A stretch of DNA of 64,000 nucleotides from Hydrolagus colliei (lineage: Eukaryota). Below are positions 26,366-39,500 of this stretch, one piece after another (the first letter of the stretch is position 1; each line of letters starts with the position of its first letter). The position numbers were made by a program, and so were the translations under genes. The stretch is from contig CM068756.1 of NCBI GenBank assembly GCA_035084275.1, positions 6,572,001-6,636,000 on the forward strand, in the 5' to 3' direction. Under the pieces are notes generated by a model. The model made no database searches, was not told the origin of the DNA, and saw only the letters and a list, made by a program, of their open reading frames with translations.

Positions 26366-28104
26366 GATGAAATAATCAGACTGATTCTGAACTGCCGTAC
26401 ATAATACTGCTCAAAAGCAGTTACTAGCATAGTTATGAAGTAGTAGTTATGTAGAGCACACTGCAGCAAAGTACATACTGTTTACCCTATTTACGTTGTG
26501 TTTATACTACTAGGGACAAAATTGTTTCTGAACTACTCGTACTGTTCTATATTACTTCAAATCAGAGTTATAGAGCACAAAAGCCCTATTGCAGTATTCT
26601 GCACATAACCCCCCGGGCTCTTCTGGCGGTGATAGGCAACCTGCCTTTGCTCTAATTTATCTTGTTGATTTTAGATATCTTTTCAAAATAGACAAAGATG
26701 ATCCTTTCACACTATTCCAATGCAAAACAATCGTCACAGCTGGCAAACATGATACAGCCCCAGTCTTTTATTCTTCTCCTCTGAAGATGCAACGCTGAAG
26801 ATGCGTAGAAACATGGCAACGCAATCTCTAGGATATGATGGTTGGAAGTAATGTTGACAGGCTTGTAAAATGCTAATAGCAATGGAAAACAGAAATGGAA
26901 AGCCGGTTGGAGTGTGAAGGAAAAAAACGAGAGTGCACAAAAATAAAATTAGCAAGCCTCAAGCAAGAGTTGAGATAACATGGTTTTCTTCACTGCCACT
27001 ATTGAGTAATGGAAAAGTGGAATAAACATATCAGCTAAAACAGGGGATGCTGTGTTGATTAACACCTGTAAAAAAAAATGAGGAACAGGATTAAGAACCA
27101 TAAGGAAAATTACAGATAAAGATTGTTGAATGCGTGGGGGGACATGAACACTCCCAGCTGTTGGAAACAATGGCCCATGCCTTTTAATTTTCTGAGAAAC
27201 AGATGTTTAAGTAATTTGAAGCCTGAAATTCTATCCTCACTTTCAATCCATAGATTCATTTTGTCCCCAAATTAAAGATTATCCTACCCGACTACGTAAA
27301 ACCTGCGCAAAGCGGGCTTAACTGTTGCATGTGGTACCGAATCTTAGTCGAAAAGGGCTTAATCGGCATTTCGTTTGCCCCCATGTTCCAAAGCTTAAAA
27401 TATGAGCAAATCTTGCTGACAAAATACATTAATACAACAGCCCTAGGAGTAGGTCCAGGAAATGAAAACAGATAGATTGTGACAGGTGCCATCTTTTCAC
27501 TGTAGTCACTATTTTCAGAGACAGCAACCTAATGAAGGAGCAGTGTGGAGATGGCAGCAGCTGTATGACAAAGATTCCATAGATCAGTATCAGTGTTGGT
27601 GAAAGGAGCTCTGAGGCCTCATCTTCAGACTTTTGCGCCACTTTAAAAGCAGACATCAAGATGCATTTCTTTAGATTACACTCAATATTGATAATATTGT
27701 TACTTCCGAAGTTAAAGCACCAGGCGACTCACTTGCGTCAAGTGTGCCCAAAGGAGTACTTCAATTTTGGGGCTGCCTTATCTCTGTTTGGTTGCTGAGA
27801 AGCAGAACGGGAGAGCAATGAGTTTTTCTGATTGTCCATGTAAAGTAAATGCAATATTAAATGAGACGGGAATTTGCTTTGCCAGATGCAGAAGTAAAAA
27901 TACTACAAAATAAATTATAGTGTAGGGACCATGGGACACATGTCAATTGATTCCTGCACCATTTTCTAGCAAAGCTATATCTGCTAGAGGGAAGTGAGCC
28001 GGGACACTGTATTGCTTGATCCTGTCTGATGCACCATAAACTTATTATTCCCTTAAACTTGAAATCACACAGCTCTCAATTCAGCAGCTCTCGGACACTG
28101 GGAG

Positions 28105-28305
28105 CAACAATAACAACAATTTGAACTTATACAGCATCCTCCACACCTGGTGGCATCTCAAAGCACTTAATAGTGATGGAGCCTGACTCCAAGCCAAGGC
28201 GGGGTTGCGGGGAGATGGCCGTAAGCACAGTCGAAGAGGAAGGTTTTCAGGCGGGAATTGAAAAGGGGGGCAAGAGGGGACAAGGTAGAGTAGAGATTCT
28301 TCCCG
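28105..28305 (-). mobile_element. L2 LINE 3' fragment (second family)
   Basis: GAGCCTGACTCCAAGCCA is the reverse complement of TGGCTTGGAGTCAGGCTC in the 23493-23811 copy; (CAA)n tail at left. Confidence 0.85.
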
Positions 28306-28494
28306 CTCAGCTCCTGTTAACCCTGGATCCAAAGCCCGAACTGGAAGTTTTTATACGGAGAAATATCCTAGCTGGAAATGGTCGTACAGTAAACTTATCA
28401 GACAGTGTTTGTATAACACTGACATTGATAAACATTTCACGCTTAAGGTGTGAGATTAATAGATATAGGTATTCTATTGCAACATCAGAAAAGT

Positions 28495-28737
28495 TGCACC
28501 CAATTGCACACAGCAGTGTCTCACAAACAATCATGCATTGAGTGGCAAAATAATACTAATCATTTTTTTAACGTAATTATCGCCCCCGGAAAATTATCTG
28601 CCTATCGTCTGACAATCAGATTCCTACTTACTTTGAGGAAAACAGAGCTGTGGGGTAAGGAAACCTGCCCAACGTTTTGCCCTGTCCTGGCGAGTGCTTT
28701 CGAGGCGAGTGCTCTAACCACTAAGCTACAGGAGTCC
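28495..28737 (-). mobile_element. tRNA-derived SINE (long subfamily), 3' end missing
   Basis: head GCGAGTGCTCTAACCACTAAGCTACAGGAGTCC plus the extra central segment GGAAAA..CCTACTTAC..AACAGAG. Confidence 0.85.
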
Positions 28738-29749
28738 ATTAGGAATAACTATTGTTGGTTGCCAGTGGCTGGAATGGAAATTAAATAATGTTGCCACTAA
28801 AGGGGAAGTGAAGCTTTGCAGATTGTTCTTTGGGCTGCATCGAGGATATTGAGAACTTTCTCAAATCAGTTGGTGTTATTTGAAACAACAAAACTTGGTC
28901 CTATTCCAATGAACTGAATTGAAACATCAGATCTAATTTAGCTGTTCAATAATACGAAGACATGACCCAAATAGAGGTTTAATTTGGTGCAGTGCAGGAT
29001 GCCCCTCAGTAACTTTGCATCACTTTCATATTTATCATCATGAACACAAAAAGGATTTGTTTTCCTAAATACCATTGCACTTTCCTTGATTCTCTGCACG
29101 CAGCAATTTTTATTCGATTTAAACTTAACAGCGTTTTTCATGTTTTTCATTAAAATGCCACTTTTATGGTATCTTGTTACACAAAATTTGGTTCTCTATA
29201 AAAAGATAGATATGCAGCCTTTACACACAAGGCTTTGCAATCACTTTCGGGTTTTCAATATGTCCAGTGCCAGGTTAGAAGTCAGATCCGTTGCGTTAAT
29301 TATGACTTGCATTTTGTGAATATCCGATTGCAAGATTGGCCAATAGTGAAACCTGAATCCCCCAGCCAGTAAAGTCTCAAAAAAAAGGCTGGAGAGTAAA
29401 ACATTCAAAACAGCCATTTTCCCCCAAATCCTTTTCTTCACAGTACAGTATATAGTGCTTTCACATTGGGAGGACATCCCAAAGTGCCTAACAATACTGT
29501 CTGGACACTTACCCTGGGAGATGACAGCCAGCAGCGGTGTGGAGGAAAAAGATGACTGAAAGAGATAAATATTGCATTTCAGATCTTAATATGCTGCAAT
29601 ATCACTTAATTATGTGATGGAGTGGTATAGTTGTGTACTAGTGTACACACGGCAGATCTCAAGATAGTTGTGAAGATAGAAGAAATTCAAATCCAACATG
29701 CGAACATGTTGTAATAAGGAACTATTGCGACGTACTGACATTATGCCCT

Positions 29750-29920
29750 ATAATAATCTCTCGAGAAAAAAACCAATAATAAATTGATCACTTCAATCTA
29801 CAGACTCTTTGTGGGACATTGCTGTATGCAATTAGCTGCCAGGTTTCGCCCACAACTATTCACTCTACCATACTTTCTGTGAAGTTCTTTGAGATGTCTA
29901 GATGTAAGGATTATTATTAC
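29750..29920 (+). mobile_element. tRNA-derived SINE, 3' half
   Basis: GATCACTTCAATC..TTTGTGGGACATTGCTGT..AAGGATTATTATT. Confidence 0.8.
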
Positions 29921-30606
29921 TATATGCAACTGCCAGCATGATTGTAAAGATATTCTGTAGTTACTTATTTAGGTCAATCTATGAACTGCATAATTGCAAA
30001 ATAACTTTGTGATCTCGAAAGTAATCATAAAGCTCTGGCTTCTGACAAATTATGATGAGGTTGCACTGGAGCTTTGGGTTTGAATGAAATGCTTTCATTA
30101 TTTAAGCTGCTATGACATAATGTCACAACATATGTATGGAGTGTGCTAAAAATGATAAATCACTGTCATATTTCATCATAAAATTAATTTGATTGAAACA
30201 AAGTAATAGTGCCCCACTATGCCATGTCAAATAACTTGAATTCACATATCTGGCTAGGTTATGAAACCTTTTTCACCCCATTTGTATGTATAAATATTAT
30301 ATGGTTAGCTTTCTATACATTATTTAAACCCACTACTTCAAGTAATTGAGATTATTTCATTTAAAATGTGCAACCTGGAGTCTTGCAATTTATCATCATC
30401 TAATGTATTTAAATAAATATATAGGAATTCTGATCAATTATATATGGGAACTACAGCATTGTGCTTTCATTCTGTCTTCTGCGCATTTGTTTGCTAATCC
30501 AATGACTTTTTTTGTTCTATTACATTTACATACCGCATTGCATTATTTTTTAATGGATTCAAGTGCAGTCTGGCATCACTCCTGAACAAAAAGCACTTTT
30601 GGAGCT

Positions 30607-30911
30607 TAATAATAATAATCCTTCCATTTGATGTAGTGCTTTTCATATCCTCTAGACATTTCAAAGCGCTTCACAGAATATACTGTAAAGTGAATTGACT
30701 GTGTATGTGGGCGAAACATGGCAGTAAATTGTGCACAGCAGTGTCCCACAAACAGTCGTGGATTGAAATAACCATTTATTTTTTATTTTTTAGGGATTAC
30801 TATCAGGTATGTGGAGTATGGAAACTTGCCCAAGGTTTCACCCTGCCTAGAATTGAACCCAGGTCTCTCGCTTGTAAGGCGAGTGCTCTAACCCCTGAGC
30901 TACAGGACTCC
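30607..30911 (-). mobile_element. full-length tRNA(Val-like)-derived SINE, short subfamily
   Basis: minus strand reads GGAGTCCTGTAGCTCAG..AGAGCACTCGCCTTACAAGCGAG..GGTTCAATTC (A box, anticodon arm, B box), then body and (ATT)n tail. Confidence 0.95.
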
Positions 30912-32404
30912 ACAGCTTGTGTGCAAGTGTGCAAAAATCCGGAATAAACAACCAGTTCCTCAGCACAAGACCTTGCTTTTCTGCTTGGCCACTTGTTCTG
31001 GTTGCTCCTTATTCCCTGTGGTATCATAGCTGTCAGTGGAAGATGAACTGGAGTGCAGCCATAATATTGGCAGAGTTTCTGAATCCAATAATAAAAGCAG
31101 ACGTTTCTGAGAAATCTCCCCAAGATGCATACTCAAACTATAATCTATATTCCTATCAAAACACTTATTTTATCACTGGTCCTGGATAGATCTATGATGC
31201 TTGGGGTATTTGAAGAAATACGCTGCCTCATTTAGGTCCAGTTTAACTGAAGCCTGTTTAATAGGTTATTCGGTTTTATACTTCATCAAGAACAGTGTGA
31301 ATAAAAACAATGCTAAATATCATATGTTTCCCCATCAAGGGAAGCAGCTTCAAAAAGTAGAACAGAAAATGATGTTATGCACCATCTTTAATATCTTTAA
31401 TTAAAATAAGAGGTTCAATATTTTCAATCTTCTGCTTCTACAATACTTGTTTATTCCGGCTACATTATAATCTTGCGTAAAAATCTAAAATGGTGGTTTG
31501 ATAAATGCAAAGTATGATAGAGTCATTGATTAAGAAATTGATGAATTTGACAAATTGAAGGACACCATACGGGAAAGCAAATTGATAAGAGATGTTAAAA
31601 CACACACTTGACAATTCTGTAAGAAAGAGACGCAGACATTTTTTCCTAATTTGCACAAAAATAGTTTGTTGATAAACTTTAAAAGGAAAAGACTGCTGCT
31701 CACACCACCACCTCTGCATAAAACACAGCACCATCTACAGTATGTGTAAGGCACCAATATTTGTAGAAAGAGAGGGGAAACTTCCTGATACATTTTATTT
31801 GATCGATGTCTGGGTAGCCTAACATAACATTATTGTCTCAATTTTGATGGGGGAAATGCCTTTATGTAGAAATTAAAAAAAAATTTGGCTCCTTCTTGAA
31901 CGATCGTTTAATCCTTCTGCACTGGAGCAGGAGCTAAGAGCATGAGCACACTGGCTTCTGGAAGTGAGTAAACTGGCAAGAAGGTAGTAATGCACTACAG
32001 GGAAATATCCCCAATTCAATGCTTTCAAGTGCTTCTCTATACATAACTCCCAAAACAGGATTGCATTCTAATTTTTCCGATTGTTTGTTGAAGAAAAGAC
32101 TCATAATCTCTTTCGAGTCAGGAATCCAGCGAGTGAACAGATCTGTCTACAGAATTTCCACTTGTCTCTTTTCATTTGTATCCTGTACAACCTGAGTCCT
32201 TTCCTTCGATGTGCAGTGTGGCGTCCTATATCAAATTCAAGGATTATTATTATTATTATGAATAAAATAAATGTATGCATACACAGGCTTAGGCATGCTT
32301 GTGTCCATTGAAAAGAGCATTATCATCATTGGAGGTACCAAAATTTATCAGTGCGATTGATGTGCATATGGAGACCTGATGATGGTGTGTATTGTGCATG
32401 TGTA

Positions 32405-32706
32405 TAATAATCCTTCAGTTTCCTGCAGCAATTTTCATGTCATCTAGACGTCTCAAAGCACTTTCCAGAATTGACTGTACAGTGAATTGACTGTCTATTT
32501 GTGGGCAAAATGCAGCAGCCAATTGCGCACAGCAGTGTCCCACAAACAGTCGTTGACAGGAGTGTCCAAATTATTATTGGCTTTTTCGAGGGATTATTAT
32601 TAGGCATATGGAGTACGGGAACTTGACCAATGTTTCACCTACCGGGAATTGAACGCAGGTCTCTCACTTGTGAGGTGAGTGTTCTAACCACTGAGCTACA
32701 GAACTC
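32405..32706 (-). mobile_element. full-length tRNA-derived SINE, short subfamily
   Basis: collinear with 30607-30911. Confidence 0.95.
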
Positions 32707-32904
32707 TAGTGTATGTGTTTGCATAAAAACTTGCAATAAAATATCGAATCACGTCAATTAACACCACGAGAAAATATATCTGCTTAAACTGCTTAAACTT
32801 ACAGTTTCACAGTATGGTCTCCTCTGTTGCTGGTTATATCAGGAATTCAAATTGCTTACAAAGCTGATGTTAACACTTTTAAATACGGTAAGCATGTTTC
32901 TGTT

Positions 32905-32967
32905 AAAGCGCTCTGAGATGCCGTCCAGCGTGGAGGGCGCTATATAAATCAAAGTTGTTGTTGTTGC
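32905..32967 (+). mobile_element. L2 3' tail only (second family)
   Basis: AGCGCTCTGAGATGCC..GGAGGGCGCTATATAAATCAAAGTTGTTGTTG. Confidence 0.8.
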
Positions 32968-33324
32968 TGTTTCTCTCTGTCTACCACCTGGAGGTAAAAC
33001 AGCAATGTTGACAATTGACTGGAATCCTTACACCCATTTCTACACCTTTTTTGCCCTTGTCGATGGCAAGGTAATTTTTTTTTATTGATATGTTGAAAAT
33101 CAATAAACACTCCCACAGAGCTGCTGATGATTTTTTAGAATTCTTGACTATTTCTGCATTGGTCATACAGAATCTCATACAAAATTGGTTTTAGAGACAT
33201 GCACTGAATGCGAGTTGATTCAGTCCAGTTTAGATTTGTTTGCGTTTTTGGTGGCATGATACCCCATTACAGTGAAATTTGCATTTTTTTTAAATTGTCG
33301 CATCAAAAATTTAGTGATAATTGT

Positions 33325-33599
33325 GGAGTCCTGTAGCTCCTTAAAAGCGAGAGACCTGGGTGCAATGCCAGGCATGGCGACACCTTGGGCAAGTTTCCTG
33401 ACTCAACACACCTTATAATAATCCCTCAAAAAAAAATTGGTCATTTCAATATACGACTGTGGGACACTGCTGTGTGCAATTGGCTGCCACGTTTTGCCCA
33501 CATATATACAGTCAATTCACTTTACAATATATTCTGTGAAACATCTAGAAGACCTGAAAAGCACTATTATCAAATGCAAGTATTTTTATTATTATTATT
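33325..33599 (+). mobile_element. tRNA-derived SINE, short subfamily, small deletion in head
   Basis: GGAGTCCTGTAGCTC..GCGAGAGACCTGGG..TCAAATGCAAGTATTTTTATTATT. Confidence 0.9.
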
Positions 33600-34435
33600 T
33601 TCAAGAAGAATGCATTATGTGGCATCAATGATTTCACCGCATAATTCCAATATAGTTAAAATGTTATCCCAAACTGCACTGAAAGTATAATGTTTACCTC
33701 CCAGTTCAAACACAAACCAAACATTTGTTAGATTTTTCTTTAATGCAAATTTGAGATTGCTTGATATGAAATGTAGCTTACTGTTGTTGTGGCATGCTAA
33801 GCGGGCTTGAATAGTTGAATTTTAAAATATGTTACCAGTTAAGCAGATGGGTCAAGTAATGACAGATGAATTTTAATGTAGATAAATGGAAGAAACATCT
33901 GTGTAAAATGAGGAATATGAATTATCCGTGTCCTGCTGTGCAGTGAAATTATAATTTGCTTGATCCATTTGTTACTGTAATTTAACTCATATTCCTTTAA
34001 TGCCATATTCCTTAAATGCGATACCCTATTGAATGTATACAAAACTGTTGAATGTGATTGTTTGAAAAGTGAAACCTTAAAAGTGTATAAAGTGTCATAT
34101 GTATGAAAAATCAGTAAACTACAGCTGACCCATTTTCAGTGCACAGGGCGCCGGTTTTATTTTTTCAAGGCTGAAAGCCTGCATTCAACATGACATACAT
34201 ATTTTCAAGCCTGGCTTTGCTGAGCTTCGAAAGCAACTCATTTACTCTCACTGTTTTCAAAGCATGAATGAATTTGACATTTTTGTTATCTGAAAGCGAA
34301 TAACCGTGTGAAGACCAAGCCGGTCCAGTCACATTGTATTTATGTTTTCCAGCAGGTCGAAGAAGAGAAGGAAATTACCCTGTTAAGTATTGATACCAGA
34401 CTCACATTATATTTGTTTACAAGGAGTATCTGTGG

Positions 34436-34755
34436 TGATTTTCTCTCCGCCCCCCCACTCCTCCCGCCCCCCCCACCACCCCCCCTCGCTTATCTTTTCT
34501 TTCCCGAGGGTCTGCTATCAGCAGGCATCGGAAGCTGTCCAATACCTCGCTCCATAATCATTCTTCACATGTGAGCTGAAACATTGAACATCAGTGGACT
34601 AGTTGACTATATAGGACATCGTAGCCAGATCTGGTCTTTTTGTTATTGTGCATTACATAGCAGAAACACTGAATTTTTATCCTCCTCTTTCCTTGTTAAC
34701 AGGGACAAATTGTGGTATCCAATCTTATTCCCTTAGCTAAGATCAGTAACACACA
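34436..34755 (-). mobile_element. LF-SINE relic
   Basis: TACCTCGC..CATTCTTCACATGTGAG, GGACTAGTTGAC, CAAATTGTGG and GCTAAGATCAG match the reverse complement of the recalled LF-SINE blocks in order. Confidence 0.65.
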
Positions 34756-35379
34756 TAACAGTAACATATGCAACAGTAACAGAAACACACAGAGGTGATA
34801 TCAGGGTAAATAGTGTGCTCCGTGCTTCTGTTAGTGTAATTTGTGTTTGTGTTTATGAAGAGAATTCCCTTGCTAAGCATGCAGACTTTGCTAGCACAGG
34901 TGAACAGGGTTTTAATTTACCCCTGTTGTTAAACTCTACTTTAGTGACAAGCCTGAGAAAAGGAACTCCAAAACAACAGAAGCCAAGTACTGTAGACGAA
35001 AGACAATAATGAATGAGGCATTTTTTTAGCCTTGAGCTTACAAAAATGATTCCTGTACATTCAAATTTTTCCATTCCTAGCAACTAAACATATTTATTCT
35101 GATTGTAACTTTAAAGAATCTTTTATTGTCTAAGGTAACAAGAAAATATTTCAATGCTGCAAGCTCCATTGGCATTAGATAATATGTTGTTTTAAAATTC
35201 AGTGAAGAATACTAAAATCTGCGCTTACTGAAAGATTGATAGAAACATTGATGTTCTGTACACTATTGTGTGTACTTACAATGTAATAATTTTCCATAAC
35301 CTCTGTTTATTTAAGATTGAATACCAAAAGTACAGTTGCTGTTGAAACGTTATTTCCCCTCTGTCCTCTGCAAGATTAA

Positions 35380-35447
35380 GGACGTCCTCCTGACGTGAAA
35401 GGCGCTATACAAGTGTAATTTTGTTGTTGTTGTTGTTGTTGTTGTTG
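35380..35447 (+). mobile_element. L2 3' tail only with (TTG)n
   Basis: GGACGTCCTCCTGACGTGAAAGGCGCTATACAAGTGTAAT(TTG)9. Confidence 0.85.
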
Positions 35448-35532
35448 CAAGGCTGTCATACTCAGCAGGAAAAAAAAACTAGTCGCTATCATTTTACTTA
35501 AATGTTAGTAAGAGGAAAGTGATAATGTAATA

Positions 35533-35589
35533 AACAACATCAACAAAATTACATTTGTATTGCGCCTTTCACGTTGCAAAGCGCTGAAT
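35533..35589 (-). mobile_element. L2 3' tail only
   Basis: AACAACATCAACAAAATTACATTTGTATTGCGCCTTTCACGT. Confidence 0.8.
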
Positions 35590-37321
35590 ATCTGAAAGAC
35601 AAGATAGCTTTGTGGATTGGTCTGTCGTTCATTCATTTCTTCAATATTTTATTGGTTCAATGGTAAATTCAGACTTGTCAGTAACCATCAAAGGAACTTT
35701 GCCCATATAATAATAATTTTATGAACTTTATAATAATTTTATTAACCAATATATAATTTGAAAAAGTATTTTTTTAAAAAATAAAATGTGTATCCTTGTG
35801 TGTTGACTTCTTGTTGACACTCTGAGCAATCAGCTCTGAATCGGTAATGGACAATCACTCCTGGTTGAAAGTATTCCGGTTTTCATGTTCCAATTTTTTT
35901 CCTGCATGGTTTGAAGGACATTTAAATCAAGAATACATTTTGACATCCCTAAAATCGGAGCAGAATAAAATGTATGTATCATCAGGATAACCACAGGCTA
36001 CTTACTGAAGTTCAAGGAAAATATGCAATGAAATTCTATATTTAGATTTCATACAATATTTTCCGAATGGAAACCCAAATCCAAATCCTATCGGGAGATG
36101 GTAATAATTAATTACACAAAATAATTTGCTTTTACCAGAATTACAATTATTTGGTGCTGACTGCCATGGCATTACATTATTCCTTTGGGTTGTAGAATTA
36201 TTGTATTTTTTGCTATAATGCACGTTCATGTACAAGAAAATTTATTAGACATACGGCTAATATGCTGAACAATGGACCTCTAAAAGCCTTTTCACCCCTA
36301 GGCCGCTCTTTTAGTGAAGACTCAGTTGAATCATGTCCAAAACTATATAGACAGTTTGTGAAGTAGGTATGTATTTTTTAAAAAGTTGCATTTCCATTAT
36401 TATAGCTGTACCTTAAATGTTCAAAATAAAATGGCCAGCATATTTTACACCTTCATGGAAATAGTTTTCACTTGGGAAGAGACAAATGAGATATATAAGG
36501 GTAAGAAATTAATGAATTTTATAAATTGAAGTACAACATTGCTGGAAAAAAAAATGAAGTCCAATAAACATTGCTAGAATGTGATGGAATCTAAATCTAT
36601 TCTGTTATATGCTTCTCTGAAAGCAATCATGCTTTGCTAAAGGTATCCTTTATTAGCCCGTTTACTGAAGTCACATTAGGAAACAGTCCACCATAGTACT
36701 GCACTGCCCATTTCAGTTCTGTCACAGAACCTTGACTAAATGTATGAACTGATTCAATTCACACAACTGAAAGCAGAATATATGTTGTAATCACATAACA
36801 TGGTTGATAATGGATACAGATGGAATTTATGAATTACAGATTTTCTTTCAGTATATTGGCACTTGATGATTTTATGCAGCAAATGTCTCTTGCCACTATG
36901 TTGGCCTCTACCTTACTAAACATGTCTGATATGTAACTGGAAGTGCAACTTATCAAGAGGTTGAATGTAATCAAACATGCTGGACGTCCAAGCATCTATG
37001 ACTAAATGACTAAATTACTGAAGCTTAAAAATTTATGTTCAGCAATACTGTCAGCACTCTGGTTATTCTAAAACCCTATTAGTGTGTGATTTTATCAAAC
37101 GCTGTCAGACTGATTTGGGGCATGGGTGCTTTGTTATGACAAGTTGCCAGTCTATCAATATTGTAGGTTCTTCCTGAAATGTCTGACAGAGAAAACACTA
37201 GACATATCTTTAAAAGTCAAAAAGTAGTTGACTGAAGATCTAAAGTCCTGAACAGAAGGTCAGTGTCAATATTAATAGTAGATTTTAAACATTAAAAATG
37301 TTAATAATGTACTATAAAAAT

Positions 37322-38010
37322 AAATAATCCTTGCAGTTGATATAACACTTTATAATATTGAAATGACTTAAAGCCCTTCTCAATCATGACTGTTAATTTT
37401 AACTACTGTATATCTGCAAGTGAACACAATAGCGAATTTACGCTTAGCAATAATAATAATCATGCATTGGATATAGCACTTTTTACATCTTCAAAATGTC
37501 TCAAAGTGCTTTACGGAATATACTGTAAAGTGAATTAACTGTATATTTGTCGGTGAAACGTGGCAGCTAATTTCGCACAGCAGTGACCCACAAACAGTCG
37601 TGGATTGAAATGACCAATTTTTTAACTATAGTTTTTTTTTGACAGATTATTATCAGGTGTGTGGAGTAAGGAAACGTACCCAAGGTTTCGTCCTGCCTGG
37701 ATTTGAAGACAGGTCTCACGCTTGTAAGCCGAGTGCTCTAACCACTGAGCTACAGGACTCTGTGTCTGACAAATAACCATAAAGTGAATGATCAGTTTTT
37801 ATCTGGAGGAATTGTTATCCAGGATGTCAGGGAAAAACTCCCTTCTATTCTTCAATTGTGCATATCATATTTTAAGGTCTCCCTAAACAAGCATATGGGT
37901 CCTTTGATAAATATTTCAAATGAAGGATGGCACCTTTGACAATGTAATACTCCCCAGCTTCCTTGTTTATGAGCTTGAAGACCTCATGTGGGATTTAAAC
38001 CCGCATCCTT
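37322..38010 (-). mobile_element. old Deu-domain SINE interrupted by a young SINE
   Basis: diverged tail at 37322-37448 resumes at 37761 (GTGTCTGACAAA) and runs into the Deu block GAAGGATGGCACCTTTGACAATGTAATACTCCC. Confidence 0.75.
37449..37760 (-). mobile_element. full-length tRNA-derived SINE, short subfamily (nested)
   Basis: (AAT)n tail through GAGTGCTCTAACCACTGAGCTACAGGACTC. Confidence 0.95.
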
Positions 38011-38991
38011 ACTTGGAGTTGAAGGATGCAGGTTTAAACCCTTCCAGGTGGCACCTACTTTCAATGACCTTCAATGGCTGCTAAAGAGAGCAGACTTTTC
38101 AGGTTACATTTTCAAGCTGGTCAGTTCTTTACAGCCTTTGCTTCCTGCTTTATTAAATTGGCACTGAAAGTAAGAGGTGATCTAGAAACAATTCTCAAAG
38201 TGAAATATTTTCAAGGTAGAGCTGTGCATGATGATGTGTTTCAATTACTTATCAATACAATGCAGTACATCTTATTTAGATAATCACTACTTAGCTGGTT
38301 TGTGGCTTGTTCCAAATGTCCTTCACATTCACTTTAAAACATCTCCAGTGGCTTGGAGCAAATGCGTATATAGCAGTAGGGTGCATTGACTTGTTGCACT
38401 GGATCAACTATAAAAATCATCATTTGCCACATAGGGAAAATTGATTTCCCATTTACACTCACTAAAACCTTTCCAATGATTCTGGTTTTACAAAATGCGT
38501 CATATAGCAACAGAGGGCACAAAGTCATCCAATGCTTTTGTCATAACTGTTTTTGCAATAGTTTGACTTGACAGTGAATTACAGATAACTCGGGTGTATG
38601 GTAATCAACATCTTCAGATTGATGCTTTGTCTCCTTTGCAGATATGTATCATATCTGTCAATCAGCCTTAACATAAGGATAGCTAAGTTCTTTCACTTCA
38701 CCAAAAATAGAGTGGGAATGATAACTTACAGTGCCTGACCTCTGGGATAAGAAAAGCTTAGGAGCCATGAATCACCAAATATGTCAATGAACAATATATT
38801 TCTGGGAAGCTAAAGGTTTAATAATAGCTTAGTCACTTATAGTCAACTTGGTAAAAAAATTCTTGTTAAATATCAGAGATGTCCAGTAGAAGGAGCAATC
38901 GGCTATGCCTATAGCAAAACCAGACTCATCTTGCAATGTCTACTAATCTAACGTTAAACTGGATACAGTACGTGTGCATGTGACAGATGAT

Positions 38992-39052
38992 AACAACAAC
39001 ACAAATTACACTTGTATAGCGCATTTCACATCAGTAGAACATCCCAAGGTGC
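38992..39052 (-). mobile_element. L2 3' tail only
   Basis: AACAACAACACAAATTACACTTGTATAGCGCATTTCACATC..CATCCCAAGGTGC. Confidence 0.8.
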
Positions 39053-39058
39053 AGGATA

Positions 39059-39143
39059 ATAGGAACATGGGTACAGGAGTGGCCATTTAGCCCTTCGAGC
39101 CTATTCTACCATTTAATTAGATCATGGCTGATCTGAACCTCAA
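39059..39143 (-). mobile_element. CR1 LINE 3' end
   Basis: ATAGGAAC..GGCCATTTAGCCCTTCGAGCCT..ATCATGGCTGATC is the reverse complement of the CR1 end at 55980-56054. Confidence 0.85.
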
Positions 39144-39162
39144 TATTGTTAGTAATGTTATT

Positions 39163-39500
39163 AATAATAATGATACTTGCTTTCCATAGCACTTTCAAAT
39201 TGGAACAAAATCTCGAAGGATTTCCTATAAAGACTGTATTTTGTAGGTGTACATGACAACTAATATATGCACAGCAGTGTCTCACAAATAGCCATGATAT
39301 GAATGAACAATTTTTATTTGGGGCGTTCTTGGCCAGAAACTCCTTTCACTTTCTGAATCTTTAATATCCGCCTGAACAGCTGAAGGGAAACTCAGTTCTA
39401 CATCTCATCTGACAATGCATCACACCTCCAGCACTGCAATGCAGTGTCAGCTTCGAGTGACACTCAGTACATGTCCCAATGTGGTTTTTGATTCATGCAT
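39163..39500 (-). mobile_element. old Deu-domain SINE
   Basis: tail ..GCACAGCAGTGTCTCACAAATAGCCATG.. plus Deu block CATCTCATCTGACAATGCA..CAGCACTGCAATGCAGTGTCAGC. Confidence 0.75.

Noticed and set aside
30840-30911. tRNA-Val gene (also 32640-32706, 37690-37760, 62585-62655)
   Set aside because: The cloverleaf-like sequence is the SINE head: always followed by the SINE body and variably mutated
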